A stretch of 64,000 nt of DNA. It comes from the human T2T-CHM13v2.0 reference genome, Homo sapiens. The translations under genes and the position numbers were made by a program. The stretch's first letter is position 1. The number at the start of each line of letters is the position of its first letter. This document shows, one piece after another, positions 31,840-46,529 of the stretch. The stretch is taken from the NCBI RefSeq assembly GCF_009914755.1, contig NC_060928.1; one strand, written 5' to 3'. The notes under the pieces were generated by a model. It did no database searches. It was not told the origin of the DNA and was given only the letters and a program-made list of their open reading frames with translations.

Positions 31840-32890
31840 TACCTAATAAAACACATCCAAAACTGACAACAGAAGTCACCAATTTTCCTTGTTCTCTTTG
31901 TGCTTCTAATCTCACCCATGAACCTCAAAATAATCCTTTACTCCTCCACCTCTCTCATTTCCATTTTATGTCTATACTCTCATATTATCTGTAAGAATGA
32001 CCTCCATTTGGTATCTACTGTGACAACCTTACTTCAGTCCCTGACTACCTCTCCGTGATTTATTGCAGTAGGTATCAAATGAGTGTGCCTGCCTCCAGTA
32101 TTTCCATATGGTTGCCAAACTGTAGTTAGAATGATCTTTCTAGAATGCAATTCAGTTAGCAAGCCTATAGGAGGATGGAGGGTGGGAGGAGGGAGAGGAT
32201 CAGGAACAATAACTAATAGGTACTAGGCTTAATACCTGGGTGATAAAATAATCTGTACAACAAACCCCCATGACAAAAGTCTACCTGTGTAACAAACCTG
32301 CACAGGTACCCCTGAACTTAAAATAAAATTTAAAAAAGAGAATTTTTTTTTTCAAAAATGCTATTTAGCATGACAGTTATCTGCAAAAAGACCTGTATCA
32401 TGTTCCTCAAATCTTGAATTCTATCCTTTGGCACAGAAGGACTTAACAACTATTAGGTCTTCTTTTTTGCTTGTTATAAATAGGGACAAACATGAATTTC
32501 CAGAAATCTTTAAATGCAGTTTTTGTTTTTGTTTTTTCTAGTGAACGAAGTTTTTTCACATTTACAAATTTTATAGTTTTCCTGCTTTTGCCTGGATCCA
32601 TCTGGTGAGCTGCTACTTTCATTTAAAGATTCTTATCAGGCCTGATCTCCTTTTTGAAACTTTTCTAAACCTAGCAATCAAAATTTTTTCCAAATTTGCA
32701 CATATGGAATCCTATACTTGCTATTTTGGGAGCACTATAGTACTCCAAATTCATGCATTTAAATCTTGACTCTACCTATAAGCTCTTTGAAATCAGAAAA
32801 AAAAAAACTTATGATTATTGGTCTCAGAGCCAAGCACACAACTTGACATCTAGTAGAGGATGAATAAGTGAATTATTGAAGGAATGAGGA
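31840..32890 (+). mobile_element. L2 3' region, interrupted by a short L1
   Basis: 'cctgcctccag...gaatgatctttctagaatgcaa' and terminal 'cacaacttgacatctagtag...aataagtgaattattgaaggaatga'. Confidence 0.6.
32163..32338 (+). mobile_element. Short 3'-terminal L1PA13-15 fragment
   Basis: 'gggagaggatcagg..aataactaat...gcttaatacctgggtgat...aacaaacctgcac...ctgaacttaaaataaaa'. Confidence 0.9.
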
Positions 32891-33484
32891 GGGTTGTGGA
32901 TATGATTAGATCCTGGCTCCAGCTGGTGGCTTCCTCTAAAAAAGAAAAAGGAATGTAATTGATTAAAAAAATAAAACACCGGTATCTCTCCTTAAACCAT
33001 TCTACTGCCCAATTACCGGTATAATTTAATTATACCATGAATCTAAGAAGTCACGGAGGATAACATAAAGTTTGCATTGTGGTTATCCTAATGCATGAAT
33101 TTTCATCTAATACATGAAAGGAGAAAAATCTGAATTAAAGTAGTTGCGAACTGTCACACATGGCTGTTCTGTGCTCCCAAAAGATGCCTGGAAAGCCAGA
33201 TTTGAGGGGGTGAAGGTGGGAGGCTGAGAATAAGGGAAAGACTAGGAAATAAGGAGTGGGGGTGACATGAGAGAAATCCAGGAGAGCAGAAAAGAAACTG
33301 TAAGATAATTAGCTGCCATGATTAAAAGGTTTCATTTTTCAAATCACTTTTCAGTCTCATTCATGTCATGCAAAATGTTAAGATCTATTTCTAGACTGAG
33401 TAATAAACTGTAGTACAAAAATTTGATAAATAATTATCTTCTTATTTTATCCGTAAAAATATTAAGACAGATTCATTTAATTAC

Positions 33485-33720
33485 CATAACCAAGCTCGAC
33501 AGGGTGCTGGCTGGGCCCTGATGGATTCCCATTCCCTGGCTGACTCACGTGTTTGGCCTTGAGCCTTGTGAATGAACACCTGGGGGCAGAAGCTGGCCCA
33601 GCTCCTTCCAGTTCACAGCAGAGCACGGCCTGTCATGCTGCTCATTTGCTGATGTGCAGGCTTTGCTCTTCCCTTAGGGAATGAGATTCTGACAGGCCCT
33701 TTATCTCAACACATTGAGTT
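33485..33720. promoter_or_regulatory. Candidate distal enhancer (non-repeat, locally GC-richer) with overlapping AP-1 and E-box
   Basis: TGACTCA at 33541-33547 overlaps CACGTG at 33546-33551; TTATCT (GATA) at 33701-33706. Motif evidence only. Confidence 0.3.
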
Positions 33721-34539
33721 TTGTATGAAATTGTCATTTTCTCTTGCCGCCTTGCTAGTTAGTTCAATACCATGAAGAGATACACAGAGTGAGATTTTAT
33801 ATTGAAGTCAAGCCAGGAGACTGTTGTTTCAAGCGAAGTACACTGTTTTACACACATTGCTGGAGAACAAGAAATCAAGAAGGACAAGAGCCACAGAGCA
33901 AGACCATTGCACCGTGAGGTTTAAGTGCCTTATGTGTACAACTCTTGTTGTGTTCACACATATTGTCTTAGTCAACCTTCATAAACTTTCAAAGAATGTT
34001 ATCATATGCCTCATTTTCATTATCAGAAAAATGACATTCTAATAAATAGCTGAGAGAGATGCTTTAATCTCTATGTACAATCTTCCTTGCATGATATAGC
34101 AGCTTATAAGTGAATTTATGAAAGGGCTAACAGTCACTGCTAGTGACTGGCCTATCTTCATCACTATGTGAAGAACATTCTAGTTCATGCATTTTGGGGG
34201 AATATTGATTAGTAATGTTTGTCACCATTTAATGACCAAATCAATGTTTTACTGATTTCATGGTAATTTTCTCTTGGCAGCTGCTCTAGCAATCACTTCA
34301 GTGATTAGGATTTTGGAGCAATGGAACTTTTTAATGGTTGCAATTAGGTGTAAAGAGCTTATAGATGTCTAGTTTGGGGGACCACAGTCTGACAAAGGTA
34401 GGTTTGGACTTCTAATTTCCATAACTGTTTCTCATTCTCTTACACTGAAAAATATTGTCAAATTTTGTGACTGACTGCTCATGCTTAGGTCTTGTGATTC
34501 TCATTCAAATCACTGTAAGCAGATAAAGCATAAAGCCAC

Positions 34540-36530
<1,991 letters not shown>

Positions 36531-36685
36531 TCAGTAATTAATGTGCAAAGTATGCAAAGTAGGTTTGCTAATTACCAATCCCAAGGGAAGACTCCCATTG
36601 TTTGGAGAATAGCAAAGATCATCACTGTGCCAACCACCAGCAACAGAAGTCCATATACACTTATGCCTACAGTATCTTGGGCTAT

Positions 36686-37207
36686 TGTTTCTGTACCATG
36701 CACTGGTTAACTATGTCTGAGGCTGGTGAAACAGAACATACACACAACAACTTATGCTAAGTGGATTTATTAGTTACAGATAGGCAGCAAGGGACAAAAG
36801 AATTTTTGTATTCATTGTGAGGTGGTCTAAGACTCAAGAAAGCTGCTCAAGGCAGAGGGAGTCTTGACTGTGTGAACCCCATTTGCACCATAGCTAAAGA
36901 ACCCCAAAAGACAGCCAGCCCAGTTGTATACTTCAGGAACGATGTGACTCACTCAGTAAAGCTTTGAAAGACATCCTGCTTCTAAGGAACAAAGCCGAAA
37001 GCCCAGGCTGTCCTGAACAATTCTTCCCTAACTCAAGATGTTACAGTTCCTAGGAGAGACAGGAGCAAGACCTGGGCTTTTGCAGGCAGTCCCTCCGTAT
37101 CTCAGGAGGCTGCATTCCCAGAACTTTCTGCAGTTATTCGTGAGAACTACAAGCAAGAAAGTGGGAAAACTAGGTAGGTACAAGGTCACATGGAGAACTG
37201 TCCTGCA
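36686..37207 (-). mobile_element. MER74-family ERVL LTR
   Basis: End 'ggtcacatggagaactgtcctgca' is the reverse of the MER74 start; reverse poly(A) signal 'atttattagttacagataggcagc'. Confidence 0.75.
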
Positions 37208-37327
37208 TAATGATGAGGATATTTTAAAAATTAAATGTTATCATAGTATTCTACATGGCTAGGCTGTTACCACAATATTGACAACACGTCTATATGGAGT
37301 TATATTTATAATGTTCTTATTCTCGCA

Positions 37328-37435
37328 TTACAGATGAGGAAGGTAAGGCACAAAGATAGCAAGCAACTTCACTAAGGCTACACAACTATCAAGTGGCCAG
37401 AGCCAGGATTCACACATTAGAACTCTGCCTCTGGA
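37328..37435 (-). mobile_element. MIR core fragment
   Basis: 'ttacagatgagga...aaggctacacaact...agagccaggattc'. Confidence 0.75.
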
Positions 37436-37539
37436 GTTTGTGTTCTCAAAGTGGCTGCCAGCAAAAAAATTAAAACTGTGAAATAGGGCATCTATATTTG
37501 TATTTGGGGGCCACATTTGTAGATTGAGTAACTTTGGTC

Positions 37540-37640
37540 CTCTGACTTTCTGGGCTTCCATTTCTTCATCTGTAAATTTGGGATGATAATGATACTTAGA
37601 GGACTGAATAATGATATATGTGTAAGCAATTTGTAACAAC
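37540..37640 (+). mobile_element. MIR core fragment
   Basis: 'tttcttcatctgtaaatttgggatgataat'. Confidence 0.7.
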
Positions 37641-40519
37641 TGAAGTAATACAAACTCCTCTTTATTTTGAAGAAAAGCAAATTTCATGCCAGACATTTTC
37701 TGAGACATAGGTTACAAACTAAATTATAGACAGGCAGAAGCAGCAGGAACATGTTTGTAACTTTTGACCCCTGTAATTCTACAGAGCTGAACTTAAGAAT
37801 TTTTTATATTAGAGGCAATTGAATTACAGTGTGCACTGTAGTGAGGACTGCAGTGTTCAGTAAGATCCGTCAATAAACTCACCTATGAGCAATAGAAATT
37901 GAGAACTTGGAGAGTCAATAGGAATTTCAGGCTTACTAGGACAAATGTAATTAACTAAATATTAAGTCTTCTTTCCCACTGGAATATGGTAAGGATTGGC
38001 CTTTGACATAATGACATAATTCAGTCAATAATCACATTGAAGTGGTAAGAATAATTAAAAAATTAAGGTTGCAATAAGATGCACCAGAGAAAGTATATTC
38101 CTGAATACGGTGCTCATTCTTTTGGCCTGAGCATAGCTTAGTAATATAAGGTCTTTTTAATAACCTGCAAAATTCTTAAACTTAGGAATTACATGTATTA
38201 ATGGTTCTAGGTGGCTATAAAGCTGATAAGGAAATACAGCCCTTTCAAGGTCACGAGGACAATTTGTGTTCCAGAATCACCAACTGCCAGCTGTATTTTA
38301 AATCAAAGAAAAAAATTAAAATAGCAAATACAACTTGAATAAAGTGTTAGGCCTTTTAATCACTGAAAACTCAAATTTTACTTACTCAGTTAATTAGTAG
38401 CTGGCACATCAAATGATATATGATGCCAGTTCTGGTATAAAACAGAACATTAAAAAATAACTTATGAGTAGGTAGGAAAATACTTTTAAGTAAATAAAGA
38501 TCACTAAAGTTCTGCAATTGCACTGGAGTTCAAAACATGTCAAAATTTAATCTAATTTCTGCAGAGAATTATGTCAACTTTTTGAGATGTATAATCATCA
38601 ATGGATTCTTTTTTCTGCTTTTGCTACTAAAGCCTACAATTGGCAATTAAGCAAAGAGGAGAGGTTGAGGAATTCTTTATTACATTGTTGGCTCGTAATG
38701 TGTTGAATTCAAAGTCCACAAATAAGAAATTATTTTATATGATTCTTAACACTTTGCAATCTTTATTTCTTGCTGTTTACATATACAGTTGAAATTCCTA
38801 AGAACCAAGAATGTAAAATAAAGTTTACTAGGTGCAAAGTCAAAGATAACCTGTTTTCTTAAGATCTTGTACATAGTGGCCTTGCCAGCCTTTTCCCCAC
38901 AATGCAATGCAGAATATGAAAAAAAAAAAAAAAGGTGGAAGAACAGATGGGAAAGTAACTAAGTTATGCTAAACTAGGCTTTCGGGGGAAGCTGGCAGCT
39001 GTAGGTATGCCAAAAGCTACAGAAAAAAAAAAAAAACAAAAATCCAACCTACAGAAATCGTGCCCCTAGAACCCACAGCGCCTGCCTTCATGGTCAAAAC
39101 ATAAAGGAAAATTGAAGAGGGAACCTAAGTGTTATTGAAATTACCAACGGCAGATTCATGAGGGCTCTCACTTTCACTTTTAATTATCTCCAGGAAAAAG
39201 AAAAGACTTGCTGTAAACAACACCATTCTATCATCCTACAACATCCTTGACAAAACTCTGGAAATAGTACATTCTTAAAGATGCAGTCCCATTATTGAAT
39301 GATCTTGATTAAATGATCTCAATCTGGATCTTGTGTAAAAGTATGAAACGTGTTTTCTGATATTTCTTTGGGTGATGCTTTGTGAATCTCTATTTGTTGT
39401 CACTTTTGAAGGAGTCAGGAGGCTTTCATTGCAAAAAACAAACTTGTTCAATTTAAAATTCCAAGTGCATGCACATATTCCCTTTATTTTCCATAGCCCA
39501 CTGTTCTGTGTGGATGTCTGTGATCAAGGGTGTATATGTGTATGATTATGATGGAGTCTGCTATTTTGTTCATTTTTCCTCCCATTTTCTGTGTCAATCT
39601 AAGAATAGCTGAAAATTTACAGCATATCTTATATACATGGCTACCTATGTAAAATACATTTTTGATTGTTGCTTGTTTTCTGGTGTACACCAATGGCCAA
39701 CAATATCCTTTGTGTATCAAATATTCAAATGGTGGCATCCTAGTGGGGAGTATTTTGAGATGTTCAGAGTCCAGCAGGGGAATACATTCTTGAGTTTGTG
39801 ATTTTCTGTAGCAGTTTTGCTTGGCTTGATCTCCTCCTACCACAGCTCCCCTAGGCTTCCCTTCATTCTCATCTCTGGGTTCAGTGCTGATAATCATAAA
39901 GTTGTACACTGTCAAGATATGTAACCCATTCACCTTCTTTGTTGTTCAGTTAACTACTGCAAAATATATGCACATTTTCAAGCCAACTATGAGGATATAT
40001 GCCCTTCACTAGCATTCTTCTTTCTGTCCTGCTGTTTCTCTTCAGTACCCTGTTGTTCCCTTCTCACATAGGTCTGGAGGGCAGATTGACAAATCTGCCT
40101 TATAAGTAGACATTGACCCAGGGAGGGGATACTAGCTTTCTCTCCTTTTAGGCTTCCCTGATCTTTATGAGTGACTTTATTGGAACCCTCCTTCCCCCTT
40201 TTAACTTAGATGAGATTGCATTATCTTTATGTCTTCCACCAGGAGTAAAGGAGTCAACTGCCAAGGTAATTTAATTACTTTTAATCTTGTGGCTTCAAAC
40301 ACCAAAGTTAATCTTCTAAGCCCTCAGACCCCAAGTAAGTCCCTTTACAGGCAAAGGTGGTCACTAAAGATAGAAGAGCCAAATCACCCTCAATATTACT
40401 GCTATTATTAAGATTATCATTATTTTTTATCTTAGGGATTGCAGTCATCCATAAAAAGATATTTCTGTTTCCCATATAATTCCTCCACAGTATAATCTCC
40501 AAATTCTATTCAACCAATA

Positions 40520-40690
40520 GAGGTAGTGGAGCACAATGTTAAGAGTCAAATTCCCATGTTCAAACCCTAGCTACACCAATTACATATTGGTTCTATAGCT
40601 TGAGGGAATTAAACTTCCTAATTTCAATCTCTTCATCTGCAAGCTGAAAACAATAGTGCCTGTTTTATAGAGTTACTAGGGATATAAGCT
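40520..40690 (+). mobile_element. MIR
   Basis: 'gttaagagtc...gttcaaaccctagct...tcttcatctgcaag...aatagtgcct...atagagttactagg'. Confidence 0.7.
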
Positions 40691-41296
40691 TTGTAGAGAG
40701 AACGTAGCATTTAGCAATTAGCTATTTTTTATACAGATTATTTTTGTGCGTAGCATCCACTCTACTGTATTCAAAAATAATATTAGAATAAGTCTTCTTC
40801 CTAATACCTTAAGATATATAATATTTTCTGCATTTTACAAGGATGAAATAAAACTTGAGAGAATATGTGCTTGCCTAAGTTCCCACAGGTGGTAAATAGA
40901 AAAACTCAAATTATTTTGAATTTTAAAACAAACACACACATATACACGCAAACACAAAACAAAGCTGCTCAGAAAACTGGTATTTTCCTTCACATGGCCT
41001 TGCATTTTTGTCATTAAGTTAATTCCCTCAGTGACTCTGTATATCCTTAAATCCAAAGTCTCCTGCAAGACAAACAAACCTTCCCTAATCTGATCCTTCC
41101 CTCATGGTCTCAAAACACTACAACAATTTTCCTGAACAGCTGTGACCATGCAAAGATAATTCTAGTTCCCTGAGTTGGCCACACGCTTTCTCTCTTGCTT
41201 ATATCCACACGGGCCATTCTTCCAGCTGGACTTGCCCTTCCACATTTCCTCATCCCCATTCATCTAGAGAACTTTGGTTTGAGACTTACTTCAAAA

Positions 41297-41643
<347 letters not shown>

Positions 41644-42988
41644 TGACTTCCCCCACTCTTTAGGGATACTTTATGTCATTTTGTTATTGTTAACACTTTT
41701 AATTATTTGAAATCTATGTGTGAAACACTGAACTGATAACTAGGAGACTTGTGTTTTTGGAACTACTAAATAAAAATTTTAGTTTATGATTACTATAAAA
41801 ATTATGGGCTTTATCTTTGCCTCTGGTGTTAGGTGAAATGAATCAGTCATACCACATACATCATCTTTAAGATTGCATCTACTGAACATATTTCGAAAAA
41901 TTTGAGCAAGTCATTCTCATTCTTTTCTATAAAAAAAGTTTGCATTGAAGAAAAAAATTAATTTTGTTTCAATCCAAACTAAAAAGCTATTTTTATGATC
42001 TTTATGTTCTCCTTTACTCACGATTTGTCTATCATCCACCTCCTCCTACTTTTCTACCTTCTACATGTTAGTGAGATGATTTTTATTATATATATTATGT
42101 ACATATTTAAATATATATAAAACATACTTCATCCATATGCCTTAATGTTCTCTAATTGCAATAATGCAAATCCTTACAAAAATGAAGTCCAGTTCTAATG
42201 TCAAAACTGTCACGTTCATGGGTTAAATCAGTTTGTGATTCTGTGATATGAAGGTAAAATAAACTCTTGATTTCACATTATTCTAGGAAGATAATATGCA
42301 AATAAGCATATTTCACCTTCATTGATTAAAATTTGGTTTTTCATAGAGAAAGTTATCATTTTCCCCAGGAATAATGTAGAATTTAAAAACAAACAAAATA
42401 ATCCTTTCAAGATTACAATTTCAGATAATGTTTAAAAGTGAAATTTGTAGATTAAGTGTTTTCCAAATCCTTTAGCATGGGGTTTAGCAGGTTATAAGCC
42501 ACAACACCAAAGTTCTCTTCTTAATCTCTTTCCTATCAGCAGCAGTCCCTAGACTAATGAAAACACTGAACTTCCACTCATAGAGGTTTTCTCAATCTGA
42601 AGAATATCTAGCAGCATAGTAAAAGTGAAAGAGCTCTATTCCAGGATTCAGGGGAATTAAGAAAGGCACCCCCCACCCAACACACACATACACACACAAC
42701 ACACACATGTTAAAACAGAAGGTACAATTTTGAGGGTTCAAGTACACAATCATGAGAAAATATAAACGTAGATATATCTTGTATGAAAATTAGATCTTCA
42801 AGAAAGTTGTCGGAGAGAAGAATATCTTGGAGGTTAAAAACGTTTGGCTTAGGAGTCACTTAATTGAGGGTGTGTTGGGTGCAAGCTATGCAACTTTGTG
42901 TGGTTCTATTTGCCAATATCCAAAATTAGGGAAACAGAACTCATAGAGTTATCAAAGTATCCATATAATAATGTAGGTAAAAAATATG

Positions 42989-43065
42989 GGCCTGGTGCGG
43001 TGGCTCATGCCAGTAATCCCAGCACTTTGGGAGGCTGAGGTGGGCAGATCAGGAGGTCAGATCAT
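42989..43065 (+). mobile_element. Alu left-arm 5' fragment (about 75 bp), truncated
   Basis: 'ggcctggtgcggtggctcatgccagtaatcccagcactttgggagg...ggtcag'. Confidence 0.88.
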
Positions 43066-43425
43066 CTCATCACCTAGGTATTAAGCCCAGCATTTATTAG
43101 CTAATTCTTTCTGAAACTCTCCCTCCACAGGTCCCAGTGTGTGTTGTTCCCCTGCCATGTGTCCATGTGGTTTCATCATTAAGCTCCCACTTATAAGTGA
43201 GAACATGTAGTGCTTACTTTTCTGTTCCTGCACCAGTTTGCTGAGGATAATGGCTTCAAACTCCATCTACATCCCTGCAAAGGACATATCGTCATTTTTT
43301 ATGGCTGCATAGTATTCCATGTTATATATGTACCACATTTTCTTTATTCAGTCTTTCATTGATGAACTAGCAATCCATCTATTTTATTAACTTTTTCAAG
43401 ACATCAGTTCCTGAATTCATGTTGT

Positions 43426-44318
43426 TATTTTATTTTAATTATTTTATTTTTCCACATGTTCTTGTGGTACAGGTGGTATTTGGTTACATGAGTAAGTTCT
43501 TTAGTGGTGATTTGTGAGATTTTGGTGCACCTATCACCCAAGCAGTATACATTGCACCATATTTGTATTCTTATATCCCTCATCACCCTTCCACTCTTCC
43601 TCCCAAGTCCCTACAGTCCATTGTATCATTCTTAGGCCTTTGTGTTCTCATAGCTTAGCTCTCACATACAGTGAGAGCATAAAATGTTTGGTTATCCATT
43701 CCTGAGTTACTTCACTTAGAATAATAATCTACAATCTCATCCAGGTCACTGTAAATGCTGTTCATTCATTTTTATGGCTGAGCAGTATTCCTTCATGTAT
43801 ATCTACCACAGTTTCTTTATCCACTCATTGATTGATGGGCATTTGGGTTGGTTCCGCAATTTTCCAATTGTGAATTGTGCCACCATAAACATGTGTCTGC
43901 AAGTATCTTTTTCAAATAATGACTTCTTTTCCTTTGGGTAGATACCCAGTAGTGGGATTGCTGGATCAAATAGTAGTTCTACTTTTAGTTCTTTAAGGAA
44001 TCTCCACGCTATTTTCCATAGCGGCTGTTCTGGTTTACATTCCCACCAGTGGTGTAGAGGTGTTCCCTGCTCACTATATCCATGCCAACACCTACTATTT
44101 TTTGATTATTGCCATTCTTGCAGGAGTAAGGTGGTATCACATTGTGGTTCTGATTTGCATTTCCCTGATCATTAGTGATGTTGAGCATTTTTTCCATATG
44201 TTTGGTGGCCATTTGTATATCTTCATTTGGGAATTGTCTATTCATGTCCTTAGCCCACTTTTTGATGGGATTTTTTATTTTTTTTCTTACTGATTTGTTT
44301 GAGTTCATTGTAGATTGT
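43426..44318 (-). mobile_element. L1PB1-like 3' end inserted into the older L1
   Basis: 'gtacaggtggtatttggttacatgagtaagttctttagtggtgatttgtgagattttggtgcacc'. Confidence 0.88.
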
Positions 44319-45646
44319 TTGAGGGTTTTTCTTTTTTAATGTATCTATCTCCTTCAGTTCAGCTCTGATCTTCATTATTTCTTATTTTCTCTAGATTTGG
44401 GGCTTCTTTGCTCTTGGTTCTCTGGTTCTTTTAGTTGTGATGTTAGGTTGTTAAGATCTTCTAATTTTTTGATGCAGGCACTTCAGTGTCATTAATTTCC
44501 CTCTTAACACTGCTTTATCTTTGTCCGAGTGGTTCTAGTATCTTGTATCTTTGTTTTCATTAGTTGCATAAAACTTCTTAATTTCTGCCTTAATTTCATT
44601 ATTTTCCCGAGTCATTCAGAAGCAGATTGTTCAATTTCCATGTGGTTATGTGTTTTTGAGTGAATTTCTTAATCTTGAGTTCTAATTTGATTGTGCTGTC
44701 ATCTGAGAGACTGATATGATTTCAGGTCTTTTGCATTTGCTTAAGAATATTTTACTTCTGATTATACGATCAATTTTAGAATAAGTTGCATGCAGCAATG
44801 AAAAGAATGTATATTCTGTTGTTTTGGGTGGAGAGTTCTGTAGATGTGTCAGGTCCATTTGAGCCAGTTAATTTTCTGTCTTGATGATCTGTCTAATATT
44901 ATCAGTGGGTTGTTAAAGTCTCCCATTCTTACTGTGTGGTTGTCTATGTCTCTTTGAAGGTCTCTAAGAACTTGCTTTATGAATCTGTGTGCTCATGTAT
45001 TGGGTGCATATATATTTAGGATAGTTAGCACTTCTTGTCAAATTGAACCCTTTTGACAAGACCCTTTACCATTATGTAATGCCCTTCTTTGTGTTTTTTG
45101 ATCTTTATTGGTTCAACATCTGTTTTGTCAGAAACTAGAATTGCAACCCCTGCTTTTTTTCTGTTTTTCATTTGCTTGGTAATTTTTCTTCCATCTCTTT
45201 ATTTTGAGCCTATGTGTATCTTTGCACATCAGAGGGGTCTTTTGAAGACAGCATACTGATGAGGATTGACTCTTCATCCAACTTGCAACTCTGTGTCTTT
45301 TAATGGGGCATTTTGCCCATTTACATTTATGGTTAGTATTGATTGTTATGTGTGGATTTGATCCGGTCATCATGATGCTAGATGGTTATTTTGCAGACTT
45401 GTTTATGTGGTTGCTTCATAGCATCACTGGTCTTGGTACTTCAGTGCGTTCTTTAGTGGCTGGTAATGGTTTTCCATTTCCATACTTAGTGCTTCTTTCA
45501 GAAGCACTTGAAGGTAGGCTTAATGGTGATAAATTATCTCAGCATTTGTTTGTCTGAAAAGAATTTCATTTCTCCTTCACTTATGAAGCTTAGTTTGGCC
45601 AGATATGAAATTTTGGGTTGGAAATTATTTTCTTTAAGAATGTTGA

Positions 45647-45970
45647 GGCCGGGCATGGTGGCTTACACCTGTAATCCAAGCACTTTGGGAGGCTGAAGCA
45701 GGTGGATCACTTGAGGTCAGGAGTTAAAGACCAGCCTGGGCAACATGATGAGACCCTGCCTCTACTAAAAACACAAAAACTAGCTGGGGGTGGTGGCGCA
45801 TGACTGTAATCTCAGCTACTCAGGAGGTTGAGGCAAGAGAATCATTTAAACCTGGGAGGTGGAGGTTGAGTGAGCCAAGATTGTGCCATTGCACTCTAGC
45901 CTGGGTGACACAGTGAGACTCTATCTCAAAACAAAACAAAACAAAACAAAACAAAACAAAACAAAACAAA
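45647..45970 (+). mobile_element. Alu (AluS) with (CAAAA)n tail
   Basis: 'ggccgggcatggtggcttacacc...'; TSD aagaatgttg / aagaagttg. Confidence 0.97.
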
Positions 45971-46529
45971 GAAGTTGTATATTGGCCCCCAATCTCTTCT
46001 GGCTTATAGAGATTCCACTGAGAGGTCTGCTGTTAGTCTGATGGGCTTCCCTTTGTAGGTGACCTGGCCTTTCTCTCTGCCTGCCCTTCACATTTTTTCT
46101 TTCATTTTGACCTTGGGGAATCTAATGATTTTGTGTCTTGGGGATGATCTTCTCATGGAGTATCTTACTGGGGTTCTCTACATTTCCTAAATTTGAATGT
46201 TGTCCTGTCTTACTATTTTGGGGAAGTTCTCCTGAATGAATTCCTGAAGTATGTTTTCCAACCTGGTTCCATTATCCCCATCACTTTCAGGTACCCCAAT
46301 CAGTTGTAGATTCAGTCTCTTCACATAATGCCATATTTATCAGATTTTTTTTATTCCTTTTCATTCTTATTTTCTCTCTTCTTGTCTACGTGTCTTAATT
46401 CAGAAAGCCAGTCTTCCAGCTCTGATATTCTTTTTTCTGCTTGGTCTATTCTGCTATTAATACTAGCAATTGCATTTTGAAGTTCTTGTAGTGTGTTTTT
46501 CAGCTCTAACATGACCTTGCAGTTTCTAA

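Larger units (their letters stand above)
43068..46515 (-). mobile_element. L1PA (about L1PA11-15) remnant: 3'UTR joined by a large deletion to the ORF2 start and ORF1, interrupted by L1PB and Alu
   Basis: 3'UTR at 43068-43365; minus-strand ORF2 N-terminus MMTGSNPHITI..PIKRHRVASW..CCLQ; ORF1 coiled-coil LELKNTLQELQNAIASINSRIDQAEKRISELED. Confidence 0.88.

Noticed and set aside
39484-39933. 149-codon minus-strand ORF in unique sequence
   Set aside because: Non-ATG (GTG) start, no recognisable domain, and no strong splice or promoter context; compatible with chance.
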